Below are positions 12,201 through 23,386 of a DNA stretch of 64,000 nt, in pieces. The stretch is from Takakia lepidozioides (lineage: Eukaryota > Plantae > Bryophyta). Made by a program: the position numbers and the translations under genes. The stretch spans positions 37,076,001 to 37,140,000 of the forward strand of contig CM060732.1 of assembly GCA_030704615.1 (NCBI GenBank). Reading direction: 5' to 3'. The notes under the pieces were generated by a model that was not told where the DNA came from, did no database searches, and was given only the letters and a program-made list of their open reading frames with translations. Position 1 is the first letter of the stretch, and each line of letters begins with the position of its first letter.

Positions 12201-13975
12201 GAAAGGGGAATGGGGCCTTATCCATCCATGACCACTCACCGGGGTCAAACTGCAAGCCAGCAAGAGGCAGAGATAAAAAGCAATTGAAGTGGGAATGTCG
12301 TGCCCAATGGCTTTCTTGCCCCCATGGTGGCAGGGGATTAGCCTTCCCAGAAACACAGTCAATGATCCTTACCAAGAAGAGGTCTGATTTGGGTGAGCTG
12401 CTCTCCCCTAACAAGTCCAGACTCCTGATTTGAGCATATTGAAAGTTAGGCCTGCCACTCTGCTATTACCACATGACCAGGAAAGGCCCAACAAAACAGT
12501 ACCATGGTTGCCCCCTTTACTGCCAAACCATGCCGGCAGGAACCAGTCCGTATGCTGAGTCTGCAGTAAGGACTTAATGTATTAGGGAATCTGGGAGGTA
12601 ATAGAAGGCCAAGCAATTCTAGAACGACGTGTGCCAAGAGCAGAAACTATGAGAGGGGTGGGGGTGAAGGGCAGCAACATATCTGAGTCAATATATAGTT
12701 GCCAGATAGGGGTTGGCGAACGGCCTCCTCAAAGTTACCAGGCATTCTTTGCGTTAGGGAGGGCCTCAACAGGTTCCACGCATTCCAAATTGAACTCCAA
12801 GGTCTAGACCCCGCTGAGACTGAATTACCTTTGCCCTGTACTATCCACCTCAAGGAGGGTTGCCAGTCCTGGGAAGAACGAGGAATTGCCTTCATCATGT
12901 GGGGGCGCACCAATCTGCTCTAGGGGCTATGGACATATACAAGAGCCCTTGGAATCCATTTTGCAAGTAATGCGGTAATCTGAGAGGCTGGGTCAATGAT
13001 CCTGAGCCCTCCATGGCTCTTTGGTTGGCAAACTTGCTTCCAAGAAACCAAGGCTCTTTGCTGTGGACAAGCTTGAGTGGCTCCCCACAAGAAATTGCGC
13101 ATTAGTGCCTTCATTCGCTTAACGAGTTCCGGGACAGGTGCCCAGACAGCTGCTGGAAACCAGAAGGAGGCCAATAAAACCTGATTGAACACCAGGGCTC
13201 TGCCTGCCAATGACAACATAGCCGAGCTCTAGTAGAGCAGGTTTTGCTTAAGTTTCTTCAATGTTCCAGCGAAACGTTTTTCATCCGTGAGGTGGTGTTC
13301 CATCTGATACCCCGGCAGCGTGTGGGAGGAACCTTCAGCTAGCCACCGGAGCCCTATCTCCTCCCCCCAGGCATGGCAGTGTCGAGATGTAGCATTGTCC
13401 TCCAACGAGGAGAGCATTCCTACAGATTTATCCCAATTCACCATAAGCCCAGAGGCTAGACAGAACTCGTTCAAGGCCATGAGTGCTCTCTCAATATTAT
13501 CCAACTGCGAATTATCCAAAAGTAGAGCTGTGTCGTCAGCATACATAGATAGCTTTACCATAGTTGGTTGGTCTGCCCGAGCTGGGGGCAAGTGAAGGCC
13601 CACAATATCATCCTTTTTATCCCAACGATGCCCCAGAGTATCTACTGCAATTAAAAACAGAAAAGGGGCTAGTGGGCATCCTTGCCGGATAGACCTGGAA
13701 AGAGGGAAGGAGTCAGAGATAACCCCATTAAGCATCACCTTGATGGAGGCTGAAAAAAGAAGGATTCAGACCCAATCTAGGAAAGGTCCACCAAATCCAG
13801 CCCTCTCCAAGGTCCTTAGCAAAAAATCCCAGTCAATCAAATCGAATGCTTTCTCGAAATCAAGCATGAGAAATGCAAGTGGCTGACAATTCTCCTTAGC
13901 CAGATGCAAGGCTTCATGAGCCAATACAATATTATCAAGAATCATCCTATCTTTAATGAATCCAGTCTGGTCAGC
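12200..13975 (-). mobile_element. Internal fragment of an L1-clade LINE (copy 3): RT and post-RT region, lacking both ends
   Basis: DQTGFIKDRMILDN near 13930-13975; IRQGCPLAP and YADD (13229-13738); LSLAGRALVFNQVLLAS (12920-13219); DPGEWSW near 12230. Protein is closer to copy 1 than to copy 2. Confidence 0.88.
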
Positions 13976-14149
13976 ATCTTGAGTACGTGACTACTAACGA
14001 CTGGTTGACTGGATGCTGGTTACAGACGGTAACCTGCGATCTCACAAGTATCGATAACCTGGCTGTACATGGATGTAAAGTATCGATAACCTGGCTGCGC
14101 ATGGATGAATTGTCTCTCTCAATGTTTCGAAAACCCGGTTATGTCCGGT

Positions 14150-14990
14150 AACCCCTCAAAGAGGGAAAGAACAACTACGCCCGGAGCCCATGAAGCTATG
14201 CATAGGAAAAGAGTTGCGAAAATGAAACGAACTTGGGAAACAAGCAACATGATGAAGCTCTAGGACTACTGAGTTCCAACGGGATATCAACTAGCGACAT
14301 GTCAAATCCACCAGGGCTTTGCGGCTCGTTGATGGATGGTGGCACGGAGGCTTCTCCAACGATCGGGTGGCTGCTTGTTCCAGATGCAGTGGTCCAACGA
14401 AGTATTGTGGCATAAGATCCCTTGGTGTGCCCACGTCGCCCGGAAGGTAGCGTAGATCGAATATGCATTGCGCAGAGCTCTTTGCATGTCTGCACCCATT
14501 TTAACCCATGCTTTCTTAGAGTCAATTTGTAAGTCATGATAAACTTGTGACAACCCAGAGGAAGTGGAACAGGTGTCTCCAGAGAAGCACAAGCCAACGT
14601 GGAGCTCTTCATAGTTTCGAAAACATGACAAGGTAGTGAGCTTTGCTTAGTGACTTGATCATAGTTGAGGAAAATGTCTAAGGTAGAGAGGTGTCGTGCG
14701 TTCCAGCGATTGCAAAGGGATCTGATCAATGGCCAAATCTTAGCAATGAACTAGACAGTGCCCTAAAGATTCTATTACGCCCGAGGAGCAACATCCACCT
14801 AGAAGGGCCTCCTGGAATTCCAACCGTTCCCCCATTTTTAGGACTCTGTTGATGATTTGCTAGAGAAACGCAAAGATATCTGCTGGGTGAGTTTTCTACC
14901 AGACAAATGCCCTGTGTAAGCCTTCGTGGCCTTATTGGTGGTTATTTTTCCACCATTTGCAATAATAGTATGAGGCTCCATCCTCTTTGA
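14150..14990 (-). mobile_element. 3' fragment of an L1-clade LINE (copy 4): zf-RVT and ORF2 C-terminus
   Basis: LIRSLCNRWNARHLSTLDIFLNYDQVTKQSSLPCHVFETM aligns by eye with copy 2 LVKNFYIHWNPRQLSALDLLLNYDPSTKSSTLSCPIFETL. A degraded WAFVW.KTHPADIFAFL.QIINRVLK segment lies near 14830-14915. Boundaries approximate. Confidence 0.75.
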
Positions 14991-15189
14991 AGAAGAAGAA
15001 GAAAAAGAAAAAAAAGGCGGGCAGAAACACACTAAAAAATATTTGGAGGTTTCTTAAGGTTTTACGATATTCTACGTATGTACGTATGTACCACCGTAGG
15101 CACTAAGCACGTAGGGAGTAGGGATACCGTTACAAAGAAATACGTATAGGTTGACCGGTTACAGGTGATGACCGGTTACTGGGCGGGGT

Positions 15190-15365
15190 CGCTGGGCGCC
15201 ATGATTTTAATTTTAATTTTCCAAAATTTGTAATTTGTCGTTCCAAAAGTTGGCGCCCTACTTTTTATCGGGCGCCGGGTCTGTACCGAGTGCTTTTGGG
15301 GGTTGACGAGGCGCGGAGCCAATGGGAGGCCTCCTATTTCAAACGGCGGAGCGTGCCACGTGGCA
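15190..15365 (+). promoter_or_regulatory. Putative cell-cycle promoter of the cyclin A gene
   Basis: Three GGCGCC palindromes (about 15195, 15253, 15271), CCAAT 15319-15323, TTCAAA 15338-15343 overlapping the MSA core AACGG 15342-15346, and G-box GCCACGTGGC 15355-15364. A pyrimidine-rich TSS-like tract follows. Confidence 0.5.
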
Positions 15366-16069
15366 TCGGCCCTCCGCTTCCCCCCCTTCCTCCTCGCTCT
15401 CCCCTCACGGCTACATCCCTCTCTCTGCCTCCCTTGCTCCCCTCTGTATCTCTCATTGCCCCCGCCTATTGCTCAACATCACAAGCACTGTTGAAGAGTT
15501 AGAGATTGGGAGCGGACGGAATAGTGTTTGGAGGGTGAAAGATCGAGTTCATTCTTTGATCATCTCTCTGTTTGTTTCTTTTGTTAAGAGTTGGGGTCAC
15601 CCCGACGCTCGGGAGCTGTTACCAGGTTGGAATTGCGAGCATATTTGGAGGGAAAGCTGAGTTCTTTCTTAATGGTTTGATTACAGGGAGAGGATACTGA
15701 AAAGGTCGAGGTTAGGGGGGGCCAGCTGGTATCTGTATGTGCTAGCATTGGCTCTCTCGTACCTTGCCCTCGCTATCGCCTTCTTTCTCATGTCATCTCG
15801 TCCTGGTCCCGCCCAAGATCAGCAGCTTCTGTCAGCCAAATCACCCTCAGACTTGACACACATAGGAACAGATTATCAGAAAAATATGAGCTCCATTTGA
15901 GAAGTGGGGCGGTGGGATTTTCAATTTAGTGGTGCTCTGTGGTTTGTTGTTGTGTTGGATCACCTGGCTTCTGAATCTCGATTGCACTTTCAAAATCGCT
16001 ACTGCATTCAGTGACGTTTTTGCCAACAGCTTATCGGCTTCGTATGATCGCCATCACACATCCGGAGCA

Positions 16070-19000
16070 ATGTCGGGGGTTCCTGAGAAAGGACGGCGCC
16101 TGCGTCCACGTCCAGACAACCCTGATGTAAGCACAACTGATAACATGCGATGCACTAGAGCAGCAGCGAAGCGGGCAGCAATGGAAGACACTACAAAATC
16201 GGCAGGAGCTGCCCCGGCGCAGCACGCTAAGAAACGCGCCGTCCTGCATGCCAAGAAACGTGCAGCACTGACGAACATCTCTAATCAATCAAATCCGCTT
16301 GCTGCCTCTCGAAACTGTGCTCCTAAGTGCACATCAACGAAGATTGGCCCTGTTTCGACTAAAGGGGACGAGAATGCACTTCCTGGAAAAGCGGAGACGG
16401 CTGCACAGGTTCGAACAGGAAAAGTTACCTCCGAACCTCAAGAGCCAGCTGTTCACAACAATTCAGCAGCGATCGCCTCTCTGGAGCGACGAACAGTGCA
16501 AAACCTGTACATCTCAAGAGACCCGAAGGCAAGGGCGAAGCAAGGTAACGTGATTGGTCTTTTATGCTCATTCTGTACTTAAGCAAAGGACTTGTTTCTT
16601 ATTTTTAGATCGTAAACTCTATAATCCTGATAGTACCATATTCCTTCTCGGCATCTATCATGTCATCGATTGTATTTACCTTTCTTATTGTGTTTAGCTT
16701 GTCTGGAAATCTGGTAGTAGCTTTAATCTCTTGATATGACCAGTGCTTGTATCAGACAGTTCACTATGTCAAGGTCCACAGATTGGGGTCCACATAAGTC
16801 GTAAGATGGGGCTGAACGAGGCACACGACAGCCTAATATTTCTGGTCCATGCTTGATGTGATGGAAAGCAGGTGGCCTGTTTGATGAACAAGACTCTTCA
16901 GGATTGGGATGGTCAAGCAGGATAAACTTCCAAGACATTGACACTGACCACTCAGATGCCCAGATGTGCACCATGTATGCTACAGACATCTACCAGCACC
17001 TCCGCATGGCAGAGGTTGGTTGCGTTACCTTGCTTGCTCATGGGATGAGGGGAAAAGGAAAGGAATGCCCATTTCCACAATGTTTGGGACCATAGTAAAG
17101 ACCCTGTGCATGAAGTCAATTGCCATCTTACAGTTAATCTCATCATTCGGACTATCATTTCATTGGAACTGTTTGTCTGATACCCTGTTCAGGTCAAAAG
17201 AAGGCCAGCTCCAAACTACATGGAGGTAGTACAGGAGGACATCAATTGTAGCATGCGAGGCATTCTCATTGACTGGCTTGTGGAGGTGATTAATGCAGCC
17301 CCCCCTTGCTTATTGTATTTGTTGGTTTTTTCCTGACAATTAGAAATCATTATCTGGATCTTCTTTCTAGCTGATTCCTTGTTTCACTGAAGCTCTGTTC
17401 CTGATGATTGCCAGGTTCTCTATGAATGTCTGACCAATGCCTTTCTCCTCTTTGAGCAACCTGATTCAGGACATGTTTGCCCTAAAAATAGTTAGTGACC
17501 AATATGCTTTGGAATGACATCCTTTCTCCAGTGATGTCATAACTTGGAGGTTGGATTTGTCAACTGCAGGTTGCTGAAGAGTACAAGCTGGTTCCAGACA
17601 CACTTTACATGACAATCTCATACATTGATCGGTTCCTGTCTTGTAACCTTGTAACGCGACAGCGCCTTCAACTTCTGGGTGTAGCTTGCATGCTCATTGC
17701 AGCGTATGTCCCCCAAAGACTGAACTGTATGTTGACATTGAATGATGTGTTCTCTGGTGTGGTGAAGTCTTGATGTTGAATTGGTGAAGTTCTAATTTCT
17801 GTTGGTTTGTCTACAGTAAGTATGAGGAGATTTGTGCTCCGCAAGTCGAGGAGTTTTGCTACATAACAGACAACACATACTGTCGGGAGGAGGTAGAGCT
17901 CTCCACTTCTTTTCAAAGTTATTTGCCAAGAGAACTCTTTTGACTCTTTAGTTGGTAGGCTTGTCCTTGTTGAATGATTTGATGATGAATTGCTGAAGTC
18001 AGTATATCTCATCAAGGACCTTTGGTGTTATCTTTAGGTTCTGGAGATGGAAAGGCGAGTGCTGAAGGACTTGAAATTTGAACTGACCACCCCTACTACC
18101 AAGAGCTTCCTCCGGTGAGGAAAATGTCTCCCTTTGACATGCCTTGGAGATTTTCCTGAAATGACATTTTGATCTACTTTTTGCAGGATTGAAAGCTTGA
18201 TCCCTAATCCTCATTTCTGGTTTACTCTTGAACAGGCGTTTTGTACGGGCTGCACAAGCTGGCTGTAAGGTTGTTGTCGCTACTTGAAACCTATTTAATT
18301 AAAGTTGTCTTGGCCTAGGATGTCAGTTTGACAAATGCAGTCTTTGTCAGGTTCTTGTCATGCAGTAATGTGCAAGTCCTGGAAAGAAACTGTGTGGAAG
18401 TGCCCCAAGAGATGGCCCTATGTTAATCCCTGGCTTTCATTTCCATGCAGGTTCCAACACTCAGTCTAGAGTTCCTGGGGAATTTTCTGTCAGAGCTGAC
18501 CCTTCTGGAGTTCAGCTTTCTGCAATACCTGCCTTCGTTAATTGCAGCATCTGCTGTCTTCGTGGCTAAGATCACCCTTGAACCCGAAATTTGCCCCTGG
18601 GTAAGTATACTGAGGCCTTCATTGAATGCCAAGTGATGTAGTTAGGGCATTTTCTTGCAATTTCCAGTGACAATGCCAGTGGTTTTTTATTACAATTCTT
18701 CTGCTCATGGTAGTCTCTGTGTTGCTATGATAACCTTTGCATGATCTGTGGTTTGTCCACAAACACTGAAAACATGTATAATTGTAGCATCTGTAAAAGG
18801 TTGGATGAGAATGCATCCAAGTATGGACCATTTTGCTAGAAAAGGTGGTGCTAGTAAACCCCCATTATTGAAGAAGTTGCCTTCAGTTGCAGTGCTTTCT
18901 GATCTCAATTGGCCTTTGTTCCCAGGTATTGAGCGCAGACTGAAGGAAAATTGTGGTCGTTTGTTGTGTTCAGGATGCCACTCTGCAACATTACACTGGG

Positions 19001-19527
19001 TATAGGCCGTCAGAGTTAAAAGAATGTGTGGAGGCCATTCATAGCCTACAACTCAACATCAGCAAATGCAGTCATCCTGCTGTTCGAGAGAAATACCGGC
19101 AGCATAAGGTTTGGTTCATAAATGTGGCTGGTTGTTATTCACTAATGTATTCATTTCTGTTCTTCTGCAATCCATGAAGGGGTTAGACTACAGATGTGAT
19201 ACTGGCTACCCATGGAGGCTACAGCATGTCAATGTGGCACATGCTGGTATGGTAGTCAACATTACATAGCTGCAGTAATGATGCTACTCACATTGCTTCA
19301 TCTTGAATCCTAGTTCACTTCAAAGTAGACACTCATTGCAATGTGGGCACAGCCATTGTGTGACGGGACCTTTGCTGCTCTCATTTTCTACCATTCTATC
19401 AGTTGTTCTGAATTATAAAGGCGTCGAGGCTGATATTGTGATTATGCCTATTTTGCAGTTCAAATGTGTGTCAACGTTGTTGCCCCCCGCTGTTCTCCGT
19501 CCAGAGTACTTCTATGACCGTAAGTAG
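16070..19527 (+). CDS. CYCA: A-type cyclin; exons 16070-16544, 16872-17014, 17193-17285, 17570-17703, 17817-17892, 18038-18114, 18236-18269, 18451-18600, 18974-19108, 19459-19527
   Basis: D-box RAALTNISN; cyclin box MRGILIDWLVEVAEEYKL (A-type LVEVxEEY signature), LQLLGVACMLIAA, KYEEICAP, YLPSLIAASAVF, AVREKYRQHKFKCV. All introns are GT-AG. Confidence 0.96.
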
Positions 19528-20489
19528 GTCCCTGTGTGAAACTTCCTAGCGATGGTGCCAAGGTTCAGCGGCAAGTTTCTCTCTCAAAGTTGTGAGTGCT
19601 GGATTTGATACTCTTTGGGTGTGTTGGTTTATGCATGGCCAACTCCTTCCCTTTGCAGGTCCCTTGCCATAGCAATGTTTGAAACAGGTGCTCTGAAACC
19701 TTGAAAGGTATGCAGCTGCGTAGGTGACAACGGTCACAACTAACAAGGATGTTACAAGATCCAAGTCAACAGATCCTCTTGCACTGATGGTCAGATTTGA
19801 CTCACAGGCCTCCTTTCCTTCAGGCAGCTTGAGAAGTAGTTGTATCCTTGGTTTTCAGAAGCATTTGTACAGGGCTTGTCATTGCAAATGATGCAAGTAA
19901 CCTGAAAACTTGTTGAAGACGTTAAACAAGCCACAACAGTCGCTACTCTTGCTGGCTCAGGTGACATCCCAGTTGGTCTCAGCCTTTGCTGGGTTCATAG
20001 ACTGTCAAGAGGAGAAATTCTCAAATGTATGAATTTTACTTTGTAAACTTATATGAGTTGTGGTAAAGTTGTGGTATATGATACTCCTGTGATCTCAAGT
20101 ATACCTGGTTTACAGCTGTGCTGAAATTCTGCATCTTTATGTTTTGTCAATTCAGACTTGGACTCTGCTGTTATGTGACAATCTGTTGCTATAATCTGAC
20201 CAATAATTGCAGGATCATAAAGATGAAATATGAATTACAAATTCAATTGCGAACGATTGAGGGACATACAATGGCTCCACTGATCCTTAAATTCTCTTGC
20301 AAAACACGACAAGACAATGCTGGCTTCATGTCAGTAGTGAAATGTGGTATTGCTACCTATCATTGCTACCTATAGTAGAATATGCTCAAGATTTTTGTGT
20401 CCCGTGGCAGTAGGAGAGGGTATAGCCACCACCTTGGTGAGGGACTCACTAAGTAGGAAGACGACAATTGGTTGGGGTTTTCCAGATCA

Positions 20490-20960
20490 CCTATACAATG
20501 CCCTTTCACACGAGCATCTATTCACTTAGTGTAAGCTTCCTAACAATTAGATCCCAACAGGGCCCGGGCTTTAGGTTCACCCCTACATTTGAAAATTGGT
20601 GAACGAAGTGGCAGGGACAATATTCTTGATGGTCATGAAGAGTGTAACTCTCTACAGAAAATATCCCAAAATTGTATCAGGAAATGGCTATGGACTGAGA
20701 GTGTAATGGCCAAAGATTTGAGCAAATATCTGCAAACTGGATGGGAATTTCTGGTGAAAACAACCTGGACATTGTCTATCAAAAAATGGATTTGTGCTCT
20801 TCTGCATCAGGCATGTGAATCTACCTTTCCTCTCCATCTGTTTATTGTTCAAAAGTAAATTCCTCACCCTAGGTTTAAATTTCAGTTCAGTGCCGAGATT
20901 CTCACTTCATTCTAAGAGAGATACTTTGGGCGGGTTCTGAAATCTTCTCAAAACTTAGCA
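20490..20960. repeat. Dispersed repeat family, copy 1 of 3 (others at about 31140-31350 and 49420-49780)
   Basis: Shared blocks: GGGCTTTAGGTTCA / GGGTTTTAGGCTCA, GCAGGGACAA..TTCTTGATGGTC, CATCTGTT..TTGTTCAAA, GTTTAAA.TTTCAGT..AGTGCCGAG. Confidence 0.75.
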
Positions 20961-21080
20961 AAGCTACATTGGACACGGCAATTTTCCAGGCCTATCTAGA
21001 ACTTGTCCATCTTAAATGAGATGAGTCTGGATGATAACAATGGCAATGGAAGTGCGTACAAATGTGTACGCATCCTGCGT

Positions 21081-22710
21081 CTACCAATCAATTCCAAGTT
21101 CCCTAGACAGGAAAAGGTTGTTCACGTATTGCACCACTGGGTCTGCAGCTGTCACATAGCCCTGGATATGTGCGCGTGCTGTAGCCTCTGCAAACCGCAT
21201 TCAATGTTCATACATTAGCAATTCCTTGAACACAAGTTCAAGCAGGTGTATGACTGTATGCAGCATGACGTTTGATTTCCCAGCAATGCATTACCAATGG
21301 AAGGACTCGATACTTCCTTCTTTTCCTTCTGTCTTCCTGTAAACAGTAAGAGAGATGGTGGACACTAACCAAACGCAAGACATGTGATAGAGTTCGACAC
21401 CAAGGGCAGATAAAAGGTCTGACATGACAACTTCACAAACCATTTGAATCCTGGAGTTGGGGAATTAAGGGATCAGAGATTCACCATCCTCATTAAGTTT
21501 CTTCAGAAATTGGGGCTTGGATGGCAAGACAAACATGCCCGCTGCAACAGCCTTGCGGATTGGCCAGCTGTGGTGGGGTGCAAATACTTGCTCATAAGCC
21601 TTGGAAGCTGGATCCCTCATAGAGTTTCCTCTGCCCAGACCAAACCACAGTAAGAAATGGAGGTACCATAATTGAGGGGGGTTCAAATTTTTGGTGCTGG
21701 AAGTACCGCATAATTAGATACAAACAGCTTGATCTAGTCTCACATGCTCCTGCAATTCTTGTTTGATCTACAGGCATGCGGTGGGATCAGTTCAGCTTAC
21801 TCTGTGACAAGAATGTGTGCAAAGAGCACTCGCACCATTTCAACATGATTGAGGGGGGTTCAAGTTTTTGGTGCTGGAAGTACCGCATAATTAGATACAA
21901 ACAGCTTGATCTAGTCTCACATGCTCCTGCAATTCTTGTTTGATCTACAGGCATGCGACGAGATCAGTTCAGCTTACTCTGTGACAAGAATGTGTGCAAA
22001 GAGCACTCGCACCATTTCAACCCCACGCACAACCCTGAGCAGATTGCGAGTATGACTGCCCCCATTCCGCACTGCTTTGTTGCGCACATCATGCTCTATC
22101 ATGGCTTGCAAGCTTGCAAAATCTTTGGATGCCCCTGACAAATCTTGCACCTGCAGACCCATCGTGTCTCCCTCCACTTGAATACACATTGATATACAAC
22201 AGCCCTTAGATGCAGGTAGCAAGATGTGGACGCCAGCTTTTCATGAGGCTGAAGTCCTCTCTCTTAGTCTTCCCCTATCCATCTATCTATCTACTGTCTG
22301 ACCTCGTAGCAAAACTAGGAAGGGACTTGAGGCTGCAGAGTAAAAGCGATTCCCAAGGGTGATGAGCACATCCCCGGGGGCCCCAAGGGAAAGACCTGCC
22401 ATCAACATACTGCTACAGTCCCACGCCGACGTATTGGTGTCCCTGCTGAAGACATTGTCTGGTATAAATCACCCACGAACCAAAACATGCAGAGATTTTA
22501 GAACAGAACCTTGGCAACGTAGTCCTTCTCTGCGAATTTGAAGGCCACGCCAAGGCATCCGAAGAGAATGGAGATGCGTGAGCATGCTTGCGAGAAGGCC
22601 GCCACCTCTAGCGCTGCGTCCCCCCCGGTTTTCAAATCCTTGGCCAAATCCTCGAAAGATTTGGCTATGGCTGCCAATGGTCCATCTGCGCCCACCTTTT
22701 GCATCTCCAT
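21081..22710 (-). CDS. ACD11: ACD11-type glycolipid-transfer-protein-fold lipid (ceramide-1-phosphate/sphingosine) transfer protein; exons 22710-22510, 22150-21978, 21630-21485, 21187-21081
   Basis: FSQACSRISILFGCLGVAFKFAEKDYVAKV, GSHTRNLLRVVRG, AYEQVFAPHHSWPIRKAVAAGM, C-terminal LFLSRELGIDW*. GT-AG introns. Confidence 0.92.
21671..22021. repeat. 177-bp tandem duplication spanning the end of ACD11 exon 2 and its donor site
   Basis: 21671-21844 and 21848-22021 are nearly identical; both contain CTTAC (GTAAG donor on the minus strand), at 21796-21800 and 21973-21977. Confidence 0.95.
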
Positions 22711-23386
22711 TTTACTTGCCTCAGTTTGCGTCTATGGCTAGTGGCTACCACTCTGAACTCTGCGTCAATGGCTGCCCATTGCCTTCGATACAATACATAC
22801 TCACCGCTGTGTCTAAGCCAAGAACAAACCCCTCTCTTACTTCATCTTCGTCTCCTCTTTACTCTCTTCCAGTGCTGCATCAGATGGGTTCTCTGTCCTT
22901 CGGCCATCGCTGAGATGTAACAGGCCGTCGTTTAGTCTTTACCGTTTTCTCTGGAAGATTGTCCCTCTCTTGTTGAGGAACACGTGTCATTTGCCACCAA
23001 AACTCAGAACCCTATTGCTTTAAAAAGCAATCATCACTTGGTCCGATGAGCCTTGGAGGTCGGTACTTACTCTGATCTGAGCTTGAGAGAAGGATCTGCT
23101 GCTTGATTTTTTCGATTTCCATGGGGTTTGTGGCATGTATCGGGTTGTGGGTTGTGTAGCGATGCGGGTGTTTGTGATAGTTGTGTTTCCAAAATTGACG
23201 TAGGATCTCTGGAGATGTGGGTTTTGGATCTGGCTTTACAAGAGAGAGCTGTGGGGAGAGAGAGAAAGGGGCAAGCATGTGGTTTTGGGTGTTGATTGCG
23301 CTTGCAGGTTTGTAATCGGCATGGAGTCCCTTACAATGAGGTGGGCAGTGGGTTGCGATTTCACGTAGAGAGAGGGGGCAGCAGGT

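Noticed and set aside
15929-16069. N-terminal extension of cyclin A from the GTG start in the ORF track
   Set aside because: Non-ATG start in a eukaryote and UTR/intron-like composition; the first ATG is at 16070.
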